The notes beneath the pieces are model-generated. The model did not search any database and was not told the origin of the DNA. It worked only from the letters and a program-made list of their open reading frames with translations. A program made the position numbers and the translations under genes. From positions 2,356,001 through 2,420,000 of the forward strand of contig OX597839.1 in NCBI GenBank assembly GCA_951406725.2: a stretch of DNA of 64,000 bases. The letters run 5' to 3'. The stretch comes from Octopus vulgaris. Its lineage: Eukaryota. Shown here piece after piece: positions 29,837-43,680 of the stretch (positions are counted from its first letter, which is position 1; each line of letters starts with the position of its first letter).

Positions 29837-30136
29837 ACGTGTGTCTTTGTTTGTCCCCCTAGCATTGCTTGACAACCGATGCTGGTGTGTTTATGTTCCC
29901 GTTACTTAGCGGTTCAGCAAAAGAGAGCGATAGAATAAGTACTGGGCTTACAAAAAGAATAAGTCCCGGGGTCGAGTTGCTCGATTAAAGGCGGTGCTCC
30001 AGCATGGCCGCAGTCAAATGGCTGAAACAAGTAAAAGAGTAAAGAGTAAGACAATTAAATTATTGCACAGGGGTTCCCCGAGCCAGTGGAATGTTTCCTT
30101 GGGGTTCCGCTCCAGCAAAGAGTTTGAAAAGCACTG
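29501..30136. mobile_element. hAT-like MITE with a nested SINE
   Basis: Termini cagtggtttccaac / tttgaaaagcactg; 8-bp TSD ctgtagag at 29493-29500 and 30137-30144; SINE inserted at 29636-30048. Confidence 0.75.
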
Positions 30137-30919
30137 CTGTAGAGACACAACTGAAATGGGAATCAATTAATTAAATACCTGAAGTGTATTTGATCCACAG
30201 CTCAATTAAACCTGCTGCTAATTGTAGAGACACAAGTGAAATGAGAATTAACCAAAGAAATAACCAAACACTATTTGGAATAGTTGCATTGTTTTTTTTG
30301 TTTTTTAATTTTTAAAATTTTATTCATCTTTAAAAAGTTAATGACGAAGGAGTGGGTGGGGGAGTTGCAATTAAATTACATCCAATGAAAAGGAGAAAAA
30401 AAAAAAGAACAATTTACTTTTGGCAGGGTGGGGTGGAGAAAGGGCCAGGGGGGGGGGAGATTTTCTTGTTTTTATTTTTTTTTAGTTTTTTGGATTTTTT
30501 TTCTTAAATAATATTGATCACATTTTCCATGTTTATCATCATCATCATCACCACCATCATCATCATAACCATAAACTTTATTCTCTGCCCAACCCAAACC
30601 TATTATTAAAATGTAAAAAAAAACAAAAAAACAAATAATATTAAATTTAAATTTAAAAAAAAAACAAATAATAACAATGATTTTTAAAAACAAAGGATGA
30701 GGGAAGGAGTGGGCAAGAAGAGATTATAGACAATTATTATTCCAACAGCTAATCTTTATTTAGCTTATCTGGCGCTCTCTAATCCCTTGCCAGGGATTGG
30801 CAAGAGTTGTAGTTTCAATTCTGACAGTAAAAGAAGTATTTAAATAAAGTAAACCATTTAATACAATGTTGTACAGACCCTGAAAACCCACCACCCTTTA
30901 ATAATGATAATAATCATAA

Positions 30920-31987
30920 TGGTTTCAAATTTTGGCACAAGGCCAGAAATTTAAGGGAAGAGGGGAAAGTCAATTACATCAACCCTAGTGCCCAACTGGT
31001 ACTTATTTCACTGACCCCTTAAAGGATAAAAGGCAAAGTTGACATCGGTGGAATTTAAACTCAGAATGTCAAGATGGGCAAAATAACACTAAGCATTCAC
31101 CCTAATGATAATAATAATAATAATAATAATAATCCTTTCTACTTTAGGCACAAGACCTGAAATTTTTAGGGGTTGGGGAGCTAGTCGATTACCTTGACTC
31201 CAGTGCCTGTTTTAATGACCCCAAAAGGGGTAATAATAATATTATTAATAATAATTGTTTCAAAACCAAGCACAAAGCCAGAAATTTGGAAAGAGGGCAA
31301 CAGTTGATTACATCAACCCCAGTATTTCATTGGTACTTTATTTTACTGGCCTTAAAGAATGAAAGGCAAAGTTGGCCTAGGCAGGGTTTGAACTCAGAAT
31401 GTAAAGAGAAGCAACTACATAGCAAAAGGTACTAAGTATAATGCTCGAATGATTCAGCCATGATTGTTCCTTCATCATAGTAATCCTCATCATCATTTAA
31501 ATAATTTTCTTTTTTTTCCTTTTTATTTTTTTCCTTTTTTTTTTCCATGCTGGCAGGGATTCAATGAGTCTCCCAGAGTTTCATCACTCGATGTGATCTG
31601 AATCATCTAGCACACACAGGAACAGAAAAAAAGCAGCCGAGGTGGACTAGGTACATTTTATCATGCCATTAGCACTAGAGAAGAGGTAGGTCGTCCTATG
31701 TAACAATACTAAAGAGAAATGATAAGAATAACGATTTCTTTTTCTTTGCCACCAGGGCAATAATAATAATAATAATAATAATAATGATTTCAAATTTTGC
31801 CACAAGGGCAGCAATTTTGGGGGAGGGGATGAGTCGCAGTGTTTAATTGGTACTTAATTTATCAACCCCAAAAGGATGAAAGGTAAAGTCGACCTTGGCG
31901 GAATTTGAACTCAGAATGTACCAACAGGCGAAATACTGCTAAGCATTTAGTCCAGCACACTAACAATTCTGCCAGCTCACCACCTTA

Positions 31988-32036
<49 letters not shown>

Positions 32037-32490
32037 TAACAATGAGACATTCAAATTTTGGCATATGGCCAGTAAGTTTGTGAGAGGGGCTAAGTCAATT
32101 ACACCAAACCCCAGTGTTCAGTTGGTACTTATTTTATTGACTCCGAAAGGATGAATAGGCAAAGATGACCTCAGTGGAATTTGAACTCAGAATCTAAAGA
32201 TGGCTGAAATGCCGCTAAGCATTTGGCCAGGCGTGCTAATGATTCTGCCAGCTCACTACCTTAATAACAATAATCCTTTCTACTAAAGGCACAAGGCCTG
32301 AAATGTTGGGGGAGGAGACTAGTCTATTAAATCAACCCCAGTGTCTTACTGGTCTTTATTTTACCAACCCAGAAAGGATGAACGGCAAAGTTGACCTTGG
32401 TGGTATTTGAACTCAGAACGTAAGGACAGACGAAATGCCACTAAGCATTTTGCCTGGTGTGCTAACAATTCTGCCAGCTGGCCACCTTGA
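30920..32490 (-). mobile_element. Cluster of degenerate family B SINEs separated by (AAT)n
   Basis: Repeated ggatgaaaggcaaagt.gacct.ggcggaatttgaactcagaa blocks, all in the same orientation. Confidence 0.8.
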
Positions 32491-33854
32491 AAATAATAAG
32501 TTATTCTTGTTTTTTTTTTTACACTGTCATTTGTCATTCTAACCGAATAATATTTCATTTAAACTGTTTTACAAAACAAAAATAATATATTTAAATTAGA
32601 AATTTTGCCTTGGCAAAGCCACTCAAAATTAAGTGGCATCAATTAAAAAACAAAAATATATATATAATTAAGAGGGTATTTGATAAAATATTTCATTTAA
32701 TTTTCCTTCCTGATGATAATAACAGCAAAAAAAAATTAGCATCTCACAAATTACATTAATTAGCCACATTCATCAAGTATAATTTTAATTAATTTTAATT
32801 TGGTATATTAATTTATATATTTATGTAAACCACTCCTCACAACTAGATATTTTAATTTATTATATTTTTGGCTTTGTTTATAATTTAAATATTTAAATAT
32901 GTAAATAGATATTATATAAGTGTGTGTGTGTGTATAAGTGTGTATGTAATACTTGTGCATGTGAATATATACATATTACACAGTATGTGTAAGTATTTAT
33001 ATATGTCGATATATATATATATATACATACACACACACACACACACACACATATATACATATATACTTTATATGTATGTATGTATTTTCTCTCCTTTCAA
33101 CTTTTCCCTGAAGAAGGGCACTGTCTAAGACGTGCTCTTTTTGCCAATTTTACTATATATATATATATAAACATACATGTTTGTGTACATACACACACAC
33201 AGATATATACACATATAGTTATACATACAAATAGATAGATGTGTGTAATTCCCAAGCCCATAATATTCAAATATAAGAATGCATGTATATGTATAGATAG
33301 TTTACATATGTGTGTTTCTGCGTGTGCATGCGTACAAAGAGGAAGAGAGAGAGAGAGCAAGCAGATTTTTTTAATTTTTCTGAAGATTAGAAATTGTTTT
33401 GTTTTCATCTTATTCTAATCAGTGTGTGTGTGCATGTGTGTGTGTGTGTAAACACATACATATGTATATATACGTATAAAGTTTTTAAAGGAGATCAATT
33501 AATTTAACAAAAATGAATAAGTTTTTTGCCAAAAATAATAACAAACAGTGATAATAACTACAATTAATATAGGGAGGTGTGGGGCTTAGTGGATTGAGAG
33601 GTTGTGGTTTCGAATCCTGGACCAGGCAATGCGATGTGTTCATGAGCAAACCACTTCATTTCACATTGCTCAATCCACTCAACTGGTAATCGTGAGTAAT
33701 CTTGCAATGGGGCAATGACCCTTTTCAGGAAAGTAGCCCTTTGCTCCTTAAAGAGTAATTTGGACTGACCTTGACTTTTTATTAGGAGGAGGGAGAAGAG
33801 ATTTGTGTAGCAGCTGATTTAACCATTTACAACAGTCTACCCTTTATATAATCA

Positions 33855-34495
33855 CACCAGATATACATATCCAGCCTCTCACACCTGATCTTCAATGTCA
33901 TTCTAAAAATAAACAATCACATCATTGAAATCTCGAAGCTGTGAGGTAACACGGGATAAATTCAAAACCATGTGGATAAATAAGCATCACATTTGGCAGG
34001 GTATTCTGAATGCTAAAGGGTTAAACCAGCCATATCCTGCCCAAATATTTTACCTGTCTTGTGTCCAAACTGGCCTCTCATACCTAATTTACAAAGTCAT
34101 TCTAAAAATAAACAATCACATCATCGAAATCTTGAAGCTGCTACAAGATAATGCGTGGTTAATTTAAAATAATGCGAATAAATAAGCATTAGATTTGAAT
34201 GCCAAAGAGGTAAACCAGACATATCCAGCCCAGATATTCTACCTGTTTTATGTTCAAACTGTGGCATAGGCGGAGATAATAGTAGCTGTGCTATTCTGAA
34301 GCTCCTCTCCATCTTACCTCTTGTATGCAGCATACATCAACCCGTCTCCTCTCACACCTGCCCTACAATGTTAATCTAAAAATAAACAAGGACAGCATTG
34401 AAATCTCAAAGCTATGAGATAATGCAGGATTAATTCAAAACAATGTGAATAAATAAGCATTGCATTTGATAAAGTAATTGGAATGCTAAAGGGTC
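33855..34495. repeat. Tandem degenerate copies of a ~200-bp repeat ending aatgctaaagggttaa (possible TTAA-type MITE end)
   Basis: ttctaaaaataaacaatcacatcat.gaaatct.gaagct at ~33901, ~34100 and ~34375; a related copy at ~56650-56780. Confidence 0.55.
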
Positions 34496-34845
34496 CAAGC
34501 TGAGAACAATGGAAGGAATAAAACTCAATCTTCTCTTGAAGAAACCTAACCCGTATCGCAGTTGATCAACTGATTGAATTGCAGGGTTAAGTGGCTGAGT
34601 ATTCCACAGACATGCGTAATCCTCAAGCTAAGTCAGCATGAAGCAATATGTAACAAGGATGGATGTTCGAATTATAGCTACAATCCATCCAGCAGGATTC
34701 CGCATGGTTTCTGCCCAGCCATTTTCACTCACAAGACAAAAGGCTAACTATGCCATGTGGTGAGATTGAACACTGGACTTCATTGTTGAGAAGTGAAACA
34801 TATATATATACACACACACATATATATACACACACACAAACACAC

Positions 34846-34876
<31 letters not shown>

Positions 34877-35384
34877 GATATACACACACACATATATATA
34901 TATATTGAAGTAGATGTATGTAAATATATTTGTGTATATATATATAAATGTATGTATATACATTTATGCATATATATGAAGGTATGTATGTGTGGCTGTG
35001 CATATATATATACAGACATACAATATAAGCATGTCTATATGTTTGTGTGTGTGTGTGTATGCATGTGTGTGTGTGTGTTGTAACGAATATACACGTTTAT
35101 TCATGATATAAAGGTTTGTAAAAAGGAAGAAAAAATATTAAAACTTTCTGAAAGAAAAGAAATTACATTTATAAAAAAAAAAAAAATACTGTTTTTCAGA
35201 GAGAAAAGACGAATAAGAGAAAGAAAGAGAAAGAAAAAGAAAAAGGAAAGAAAAATATTTAAAAAAAAAAAAAAACATAAAATAAACACTACAAGTTCAT
35301 AATTTGACGTATTTTCCTTAAAAACAAAGAGGAACAAAAGAATATTTTTTTCCCTCTTTGTGCTGTAAAAATATAAAGCTATGG

Positions 35385-35719
35385 TCATGAAAATGAACAC
35401 GGAGTCTGAATTTTAGAGGTAGATGATGATGATGATGATGTTGATGATGTAGATGATGTTGCCGTCGACGTCGATGCCGGAGGCGTGATTATTTCAGCCA
35501 TTTGTGGGTCTGTGCATTTTCCCAGAATCATCTGTAGCATCAGGATTTCGTGCTGTCGCTCCTCCTGGCGACGTTTGTCCTCGAGCTCGGATTCCAGCTT
35601 TATGCGTTTCTCCTCCTGCTCGAAGAAAGCGTTCTGCAGTTCCAGCTGTTTGTCCATGAACGTCTCGATCATCTGCGACAGAGTCTGCTCCATGGCAGTA
35701 GGCTTCCTTTTCTGTTTAC
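35385..35719 (-). CDS. Coding exon 4 (terminal): coiled coil and Ser/Thr tail
   Basis: Acceptor ctctacag after a polypyrimidine tract; reads (G)KQKRKPTAMEQTLSQMIETFMDKQLELQNAFFEQEEKRIKLESELEDKRRQEERQHE...; stop at 35385. Confidence 0.88.
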
Positions 35720-37260
35720 CTGTAGAGTAAAAAAGGAAAAAAAAAAAAAAAGAAGAAAAAAACTATTAGAAATTTATAGGTGTGGGAGGGTAGTTAAGAG
35801 GTTTGCTTCCCAACCACATGGACTCTGGTTCAGTTCCACAGCACAAGTCTCTTCTACTGTAGCCCCAGACCACCTGAAGCCTTGTAAGAGGATTTGGTAT
35901 GCGAAAACTAAAGGAAGCCCATAACACACACACACGCACATATAAAAGCGAACTTTAGATTAGTTAAAATGTATTTGTGAGATATTTCAACTTCTTAAGG
36001 CAAATTCACCGCAGTTACCATAGAGAAAAATTTGTTGTGGTAAAAGGTGTAAAATACACCATATATGCTCAGTCTTTCCACCTGTTGGATTTCCAGATAC
36101 AGCATTTCTAAGCTCTCTAGATGTTATCAATAAGAACTACTGAAGAGAGATAACTCTGGACAGATTTAAAGATGTAACTTTAACTAAAACACAGTCAACA
36201 ACATTGACTGTGTTGTGCTACTAGACTGCCAGGTCAGGAGAAATTTATCAGTATCCGTGCAAAGCAGTACTTGGTGATGTTACTGCTACCTTGCTAGATC
36301 AGATTGGAGCCTGGTGCAGTCTCTTGGCTTGCCAGTCTGTCAAACCATCCACCCCCTGCCAGCATGGAAGGCGGACGATTCCAGCCCAACAGACCCATTA
36401 AAGCTTCCAGCCACAGAGATGAGGTCATTGCCACTTGTCTTTGAGGTAGCCTGTAGAAGGGTATCATAAAAGTGGTCCTTCTGATCATTTGGTAACCCCG
36501 CATATGTGGCATAGGAGGAGATAATAGTAGCTGTGCTATTCTGAAGCTCCTCTCCATCTTACCTCTTGTATGCAGCATACATCAACCCATCTCCTTTCAA
36601 GCATCCCTACAATCTCACTAGACCTACCTTTCATTGTGCCAACTCTGAAAACTGGGAAGGGAATGTGGGGTGAGGTTTGGGGAGGAGGGATGTTATTCAG
36701 CGCCTGAAAAGAAGAGGGTTGTTGTGGTGGTGTCCGTTTGTTAGGCAAGCTTCATCTGTTCTCTCTCTCGACCTGACAACATTCAAGCATTCAGGCATGT
36801 TAAGATTGTTGCCCTTACTGGAGGTAGGAGCCAGTGTTAACAGCATTGTAAGCATAAGCATTATGGTCGTTGACTGATGTAGATTCAAGCAGTGTAGCAA
36901 AATATGGATATTCCAATGTTAGGTTAGGAGGATGTCAGCTGAAACTGGTTGCATTTCTTATATACATATATATAGGGGGAGCAATGAATAAACTCTCATC
37001 TAAATTACGCAATAATGAAAATAACACTGACGTCTCATTTTGACAGATATTACTCTTTTACTTGTTTCAGTCATTTGACTGCGGCCATGCTGGAGCACCG
37101 CCTCTAGTTGAGCAAATCGACCCCGGGACTTATTCTTTGTAAGCCCAGTACTTATTCTATCGGTCTCTTTTTGCCGAACCGCTAAGTCACGGGGACGTAA
37201 ACACACCAGCATCGGTTGTCAAGCAATGCTAGGGGGACAAACACAGACACACAAACATAT

Positions 37261-37309
<49 letters not shown>

Positions 37310-40300
37310 TACGACAGGCTTCTTACAGTTTCCGTCTACCAAATCCACTTACAAGGCATTGGTCGGCCCGGGGCTATAGCAGAAGACACTTGCCCAAGAT
37401 GCCACGCAGTGGGACTGAACCCGGAACCATGTGGTTGGTTGCGCCTATATTTATCAAAATTACATAAAAATATCTTGAAATACTAAAGAGTAAATTTACT
37501 CAATAAAATTGCCATTGGTTTCAACCACGGCCTACAGATGACTTTGGAATCTCCTGCAGCTCTTCTGAATTGTCTCCTAAGTTGGTGAGTGCAGCCAAAA
37601 TCCTTGCCTTCAGTTCATCTTTGCTGCTACAAGGGAGCTTTTTTGGTTTCTCGTGCAACTGTACCTCACACGTGATAATCAAGGGGGGTTGGAGTCTGGG
37701 GAGTTAGCTCACCAGATGTTAGGGACCAGGTGACAGCTGGAGTTTGGACAGCCCCCACCCCTGCTAGCCAGCACCACGTCAAATCATCTAACCTATGCCA
37801 GCATGGAGAGCAGATGTTAAATGATGATGATGATGATGATGTTAAATGATGATGATGATGATGATGATGGTTGTATACCATAAGCATAGCATATATCTAT
37901 AGAAGTAAGAATCATTTGATGAATTTACCTGACAACTGTCCGATAGGTGATGTCTGCAACTGGTTGGTATGTAAAGGTGTAGGGGATCGACTACTGGGGG
38001 AGGTCTCCTCAATAGCAATGCAACTCATGGCCAAATCCTCAGCATCTGCATCAGAAATACACTTCACTTCTGGCACTAAAAATTTATTAATTAATAATTA
38101 ATTCATTCATTCGTTTACAAATGAATTCATTAATTAATAACGACACAATTTAATGACATTAAACAAAGGGAACTACTTACAAAATAAGGTGGCTGTTGTT
38201 GAGCTGTTGTTTAGCCACAGGTCAGCCTTCACCAAGCAGACTTATGACCAAAGGTGTTCCAGCTAATACCACCCCATCTCTGCATTTTTTCAGACACAGT
38301 TTATCTAGGACTATATTACTTAATGTGTTCTCTCTTGATCTGATGTTGTTTAGCCCCAGGTCAGTTTTGATCTAGCAGACCTATGATCAAAAGTGTTCCA
38401 GCTGCAACCATCCCATCACTTTATTTTTTCAGGCATAGTGTATCTAGGCCTATATTACTGAAAGTATTCTCCCTTGACCTGATGCTGTTGTTTAGCCCCA
38501 GGTCAGCCTTGACTGAGCAAACCTATGATCAAGAGAGAGAAAAGGCTGCTGGGATTGATATGGCCTGTTACCCAGTTTCCATGGTACATAAGTGACCAAA
38601 ATCCCAACACTGCCCCTAAATGGGAAGCCAGTCTATTACAGGGTTATTCTCATTTACAGCTGAGTGGATTAGAGCAATGTGAAATGAGGTTTTGCTCAAG
38701 AACACAACATATCTGGCAAGTTCACCATCATCAATCAACCAAAGGGTAAGTTCAATGTCATCAATTCACCATCTTTTTTTTTTCCCAATAAAATAATTTT
38801 TAACTATTTATAATGAGATATATAATGGATATATTTTCTCATTAATGTTTCCTCACAATGAACTTTCCCTGCTGTGAATTGATGGCAGTGTACTTACCTG
38901 AAATCAGAACACAGCGTGTAACCCATACTGGGAACTGAAACCACCACTTTGCAATCATGAGTTGAGTACAACACCCTGACCACTATGCCATGTAACTTCA
39001 CTAAATAAAAACTCCCCATCTTGAAAAACAGCTGGAATTGTCTTTGATCTTAAGTTTAGAGGATCTTGCATTTGTACTTATTTGTACTTGTGGTGGCATT
39101 CAACAGGGGTGGATTGAGCCAGTTCTACCCAACAAATTCACTACATCCCTCACAGATGCTGACCATATCCAATAGACAGTCTTAAAACTCCAGCAGGCAA
39201 AGTAATCCTTCTGCCTGTGGCCCAAGAAGGCAGGATGTAAATTTGACAAATGCTCCAATGGGGAAAGTACGCACATCAGATAATGTGGATGCCATAATCA
39301 TAGTCGTCATTCGTTGTTTAGGAGTAGAGGTCATGTTCAGATCACAGCTGGACTAGACTACAACAACAAGCAATAAAAAAAATAAAAAACAAACAAAAGA
39401 AGTAAATTTACCATTGTCATTGTCATTAAGGAGATGTTCGTCTGCTGAATACTGCTCAATTTTAACCTCAGTAGACATGGGGTTATCTAATAACATCATA
39501 GGTATAGACGGGGGACGATTGCCCAAAACTTCATCCAGCTTATCAAAGAAGCGACACGTTTTCCGACCACTTTTACTGAAAAATAAAACGGAAAAGAAAA
39601 TTTTAAGCTTTAAAATAGTTTTAAAAAATTAATTAACATAGATGCAAGTGTGGCTGTGTTAAGAAGCTTGCTTCCCAACCACATGGCTCTGGATTCAGTT
39701 CCATGACCATGGGATTGCACCTAGAAAGTTCCCCTCTGAGGCACAAGTCTGGGTAAGGTTGTTTATGGAAGACCAGCAGTCACCCATGCTTACCAGCCTC
39801 CTCTCTCCACGCCATTATATGTACACAGAGTAATGGGTAAAGACCCCCTTCAGTCCCGAATGGCCATGGGATTGCACCCTAGAAATTTCCCCACCGAGGC
39901 ACAAGTTTGTTTATGGAAGACCAACAGTAACCCATGATTACCGGCCACCAATATTATCCAAGGGACAGGCAAAGACCAATACAGTTTGACACGAGTGATG
40001 TCATAACTAATTTCTACAGATGAGTGAACTGGAGCAATGTGAAATAAAGTGTCTTGCTCAAGATCACAACACACAGCCTGGTCCAGGAATCAAACTCACT
40101 ACCTCATGATTGTGAGCCCAGCACTCTAACCACTGAGCCGTATGCTTTCAGTTGGAAGTATTTTGCCAAAATTCAGAGAAAAAGCACTTGTCATTGGTCA
40201 ATCATAAAAGGGTGATGTTCTTACATGATAATGCAAGACCACATATTGCTCAAGTTACTCAGGAGAAGATCAGAGTACTAAATATGGAAGTTTTGCCTCA

Positions 40301-42973
40301 TCTCCCTTACTCTCCTAACCTTGCTCCATCTGACTGTTATCTTTTCAGATCATTGCAACATTATTTAAAGGGAAAGCTGTTTATCAACTGTGAAGAAGTT
40401 TCAAAACCTGAAAAATTTTACACCTGCGGGGTCGGCAATTTGTCAAAAAGATGGGATTATGTTATCAATAATGAGGGAAAACACAGGTCGTCGTCAGCTT
40501 ACAAACTTTCCGACTTAATAACAATTGGCGTGCCAGCAACCGACACCAATAATAAATGCTCCATGTGAAATCTAATGGGTTTAATTTCTTAGAAATTAAC
40601 CCATCTATGGATGACGTCAGCTAACAAGCAACATCAACCAAGCTCCAATCTACAATAAATTTTTATGCAAGTTTTGCAACTGTTTCTTACACTACATTGT
40701 GTATTTCTTGTATTTGTATTCTTTGGTACTTTTCTATGAACAAATAACACTGTTGTAGTTATAATACAGACTATTGTGCGTGGCTTTTACCTGAGAATGT
40801 ACCTTAAGAATGTAAAAATATAAAACAAAGCTATAGGCCGACTTATGACCAGTCAGTCGGAACCAAATGTGGTTGTAAGTTGATGACGACCTATATCTTG
40901 ATTAAATTCAAGGATGGGCAAAAGTAGGTATACAGTTGCTTATGAGTGGAATATTCTTTTCATTTCCCTTTTTTAGGATAAGAATTCCATGATTCTTGAG
41001 CAACTGTATACCTATTTTTGCCCGTCTCTGTATATCAAGACCAAAGAACCATTTGTTCTTTCACCAACCTAAAAGTAAAAGGGGTTTTTTTCCATAGACA
41101 CAAGGCAATAAATTTGCAGGGCTTCAGATTTAGGGAAGAGGGGAGAGTTGATTACATCAACCCAACACTCCCCATGTACTTTATTTTATCAAACCCCAAA
41201 AGAGGAAAGGCAAAGTTAACCTTGACAAGATTTGAATTCAGAATGTGATGACCAGTAACAAATGCTGTAGGAGACTTCTCCAATATTTTAACAATTCTGC
41301 AGGTCACTACCTTTATAATAATGGTTTAAATTTTTGGCACAGGGCCAGTAGTTTTTGAGGGGAGGGGAAAGTCGATTACATCATTCCCAGTACTTGACAG
41401 GTACTTTATTTTACCAATGCCTGAAAGGATGAAAGGCAAAGTCGACCTCAGCAGAATTTGAACTCAGAACGTAAAGACAGGTGAAATGCTACCAAGCATT
41501 TTGTCTGGCATGCGAACGATTCTGCCAAATCACAGCCTCCACTGTCCTCAAAATAATAATAATAATCCTTTCTACTCTAGGTACAAAGCCTGAAATTTTA
41601 GGGGTTGGGGCTAGTCCATTAGATTGACCCCTGTATGCAACTAGTACTTATTTTGTTCACCAGAAAGGGTTAAAAGCAAAGTCGACCTTGGTGGAATTCA
41701 ACTTTGCCTGCCATCCTTAATAATAATAATTGCTTCTAATAAACTCGTTTGGCACTGATTCATTTATCACTGATTCAGAATAACACGATGTGCTAATTAT
41801 GAACCATATTACATTTATCACAAATTGATCGGGGATAACATAGGCCAAGATTCTGCTTGGACTGCTTGACCAAAAGATAAAGGACACATTGGACAACACA
41901 GTGGCATAGTTTTGCATATATCTCTATAAAGGGGTGGAATATTCACGGTTGGAACGCCTTTGATCATCGCTCCACTCGACCCGGGATGGAGGCCACTGAG
42001 CCAAAACAAATGCGTGTGTGTTTGGCAATCACCAGCACATGAAAAACAAAGTGAATAAATAAAATTTTCAGTAAACTGCCGAGAACATCCAGTAAATCAG
42101 ATGGCAAAATTTTGGGCGATCTTTCGTCTCTAGTAGACCTTTCCGTCGATTTCCGCAAGCCCATATGTAAAAAAAAAAATTTTTTTTACGGAAATCGACG
42201 GAAAGGTCTACTAGAGACGAAAGATTGCCAAATTTTGACAGTTACGAGATTTATAAAGAAATATTGGCATTGTGTGTGTGTGTGTGTGTGTTTGTGGTTT
42301 CAAATGTTGGCACACAAGACCTGCAATTTGGGGCGAAGGTGATTAATCGATTACATCGACCCCAATGCTGAACAGGTATTATCTTATCCACCCCGAAAGA
42401 AACAAAGGCAAAGTCGACCTTCTTTGAAAATTATAATTAAACATAATTAAGTACCTTCGTTCTTAAAATACGGTGTTGTTAATAAAAGGCGGTGTGTAAT
42501 GAAAAATTGTTCCGACCCAATATTTAGAACATCACAAAAAAAATATTAGGTTTAAATATTTAGAAAAAAAAAGATAATTTTTAAACTGGTTAAAAAAGGA
42601 AAACATATTCGATTATATAATAAACATCAGCAATCATCACCGCTACCACAGTCTAATTAGCGAGTAATTAAAATCGTAATAGCAGCAAGAGTGGAGTGGA
42701 GGTGTTCGTGGTTGTATTGGATCTGAAATAGCTACATGCATACCTGTTATAATCGTAACCTCTTTTGTAAATCTTCTTGAGTGTCTTCATGCGCTCTTTC
42801 ACTTGGACCACGGATCTCTGGATGCCTCTCTCGGACAGCTTCAGTCGGATGTATTCGTATACATGCCAATTCCTAATGCTATTCTCCAAATCCGTCTGGA
42901 TCTCTTCGTTACCCCATATGTCTATAAGATTCAACGTTTCGTTATCCGACCAATTCACTCCGCGTTGAGTCAT
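35385..42973 (-). CDS. Myb/SANT-like (trihelix/MSANTD-type) DNA-binding protein with C-terminal coiled coil; 4 exons, 291 aa
   Basis: Exons 42973-42744 (230 nt), 39575-39412 (164), 38075-37929 (147) and 35719-35385 (335) sum to 876 nt in one frame. All introns are GT-AG with matching phases (2,1,1). Protein: NWSDNETLNLIDIWG...QVKERMKTLKKIYK...CRFFDKLDEVLG, then an acidic S/P linker, then an E/K/R/Q-rich coiled coil. Confidence 0.9.
36446..36655 (-). mobile_element. RTE-like LINE endonuclease N-terminal relic
   Basis: FRVGTMKGRSSEIVGMLERRWVDVCCIQEVRWRG contains the APE endonuclease QE motif. Part of it is duplicated at ~34260-34350. Confidence 0.75.
37500..37700 (-). mobile_element. Tc1-like transposase C-terminal relic
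   Basis: PLDYHV*G...SKDELKARI resembles the Tc1 NPLDY.VW motif and downstream region. Confidence 0.55.
37929..38075 (-). CDS. Coding exon 3: acidic Ser/Pro-rich linker
   Basis: Acceptor tttttag; reads (V)PEVKCISDADAEDLAMSCIAIEETSPSSRSPTP...GQLS; donor gtaaat; phase 1-1, 147 nt open. Confidence 0.8.
39412..39575 (-). CDS. Coding exon 2: end of the Myb/SANT-like domain
   Basis: Acceptor ttttcag; reads (S)KSGRKTCRFFDKLDEVLGNRPPSIP...DNDN; donor gtaaat (phase 1). Not in the supplied ORF track because it is a spliced exon. Confidence 0.9.
39780..40150 (-). mobile_element. SINE (family D)
   Basis: gagtgaactggagcaatgtgaaataaagtgtcttgc core plus a tRNA-like head. Also at 46370-46665 (-), 50740-50970 (-) and 50995-51200 (+). 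Confidence 0.7.
40165..40483 (+). mobile_element. mariner transposase relic (catalytic domain C-half)
   Basis: HDNARPH...HLPYSPNLAPSDCYLFRSLQHYL...KRWDYVINNEGK. Confidence 0.88.
40484..40893. mobile_element. Tigger/pogo-like MITE inserted at the end of the mariner relic
   Basis: TIRs caggtcgtcgtcagcttacaa / ttgtaagttgatgacgaccta. Confidence 0.65.
40909..41030. mobile_element. Tc1/mariner-type MITE
   Basis: TIRs gatgggcaaaagtaggtatacagttg / caactgtatacctatttttgcccgtc, followed by TA. Confidence 0.7.
42115..42229. mobile_element. 115-bp MITE with ~43-bp TIRs and 8-bp TSD (Merlin-like)
   Basis: ggcgatctttcgtctctagtagacctttccgtcgatttccg and its reverse complement; TSD aaattttg at 42107-42114 and 42230-42237. 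Confidence 0.8.
42744..42973 (-). CDS. Coding exon 1A: Myb/SANT-like domain helices
   Basis: ATG at 42973; 76 codons MTQRGVNWSD...YDYN plus AG, then donor gtatgc (phase 2). Confidence 0.9.
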
Positions 42974-43469
42974 GGTCGAAATTTCTAAATAACTTCCTTT
43001 TTAAATAAATATATATATATATATACACACACAGACAGATAGATATCGTTATATATATATAAACATAAAAATATTTTTTTAAATATCTTTAAATATATAT
43101 ATATAACTATATATAAATGCACTATTTTTTTCGTTCCTAATCGATTTATTTGATGCTATTGATTACTTAATACATTTTTGTTTTTTGTTTTCTTATTGCT
43201 TTCTTAATCAATTTCGCTATTTTATTTATTTTTTTTTTTTTTGTGTTCATAAAAGGCAATTAATTCTGTTTGGGGGTGGGGGGAAAAACAACACCAGTAA
43301 ACGGCCAAATGACACCTCAGTTTGCAAGAATATTTCTCTAATCAACTATCTGCTCCAAGACAAATTAATTGACGCTATATATATAGATATATATAGAGGT
43401 GTGAGCGTGTGTGTGTGCATGTATATATAATAATATTAATTAAAGGCAAAAGGAGGGAGAGAGAGAGAG

Positions 43470-43680
43470 GCATCCGCGAAAAAGCTCCCTGGTACGCGCA
43501 TGTGCACGACTGACCAGCTTGTGAAACGAACAAAATAACAAAAACAGAGAGAAAGAACAGCAGCATGCTGGGAGTTGCCACCTCAACACGAGGGGGGGTA
43601 GCCCTGCTACTACAGTAGAAGGAAGAAAGGCTATTATAGTAGACAAGTATATAGTAGCCCTGCTACTATGTAACAAACAG
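43470..43680. promoter_or_regulatory. Putative promoter upstream of exon 1A
   Basis: Locally CpG-richer, non-repeat sequence with E2F-like CGCGAAAA (43475), NRF1-like CGCGCATGTGCA (43495-43506) and ZNF143/Staf-like GCATGCTGGGAGTTG (43563-43577). Confidence 0.45.

Noticed and set aside
39000-39357. Extra exon right after exon 2
   Set aside because: The three nearest AG acceptors give in-frame stops within 1-4 codons in phase 1.
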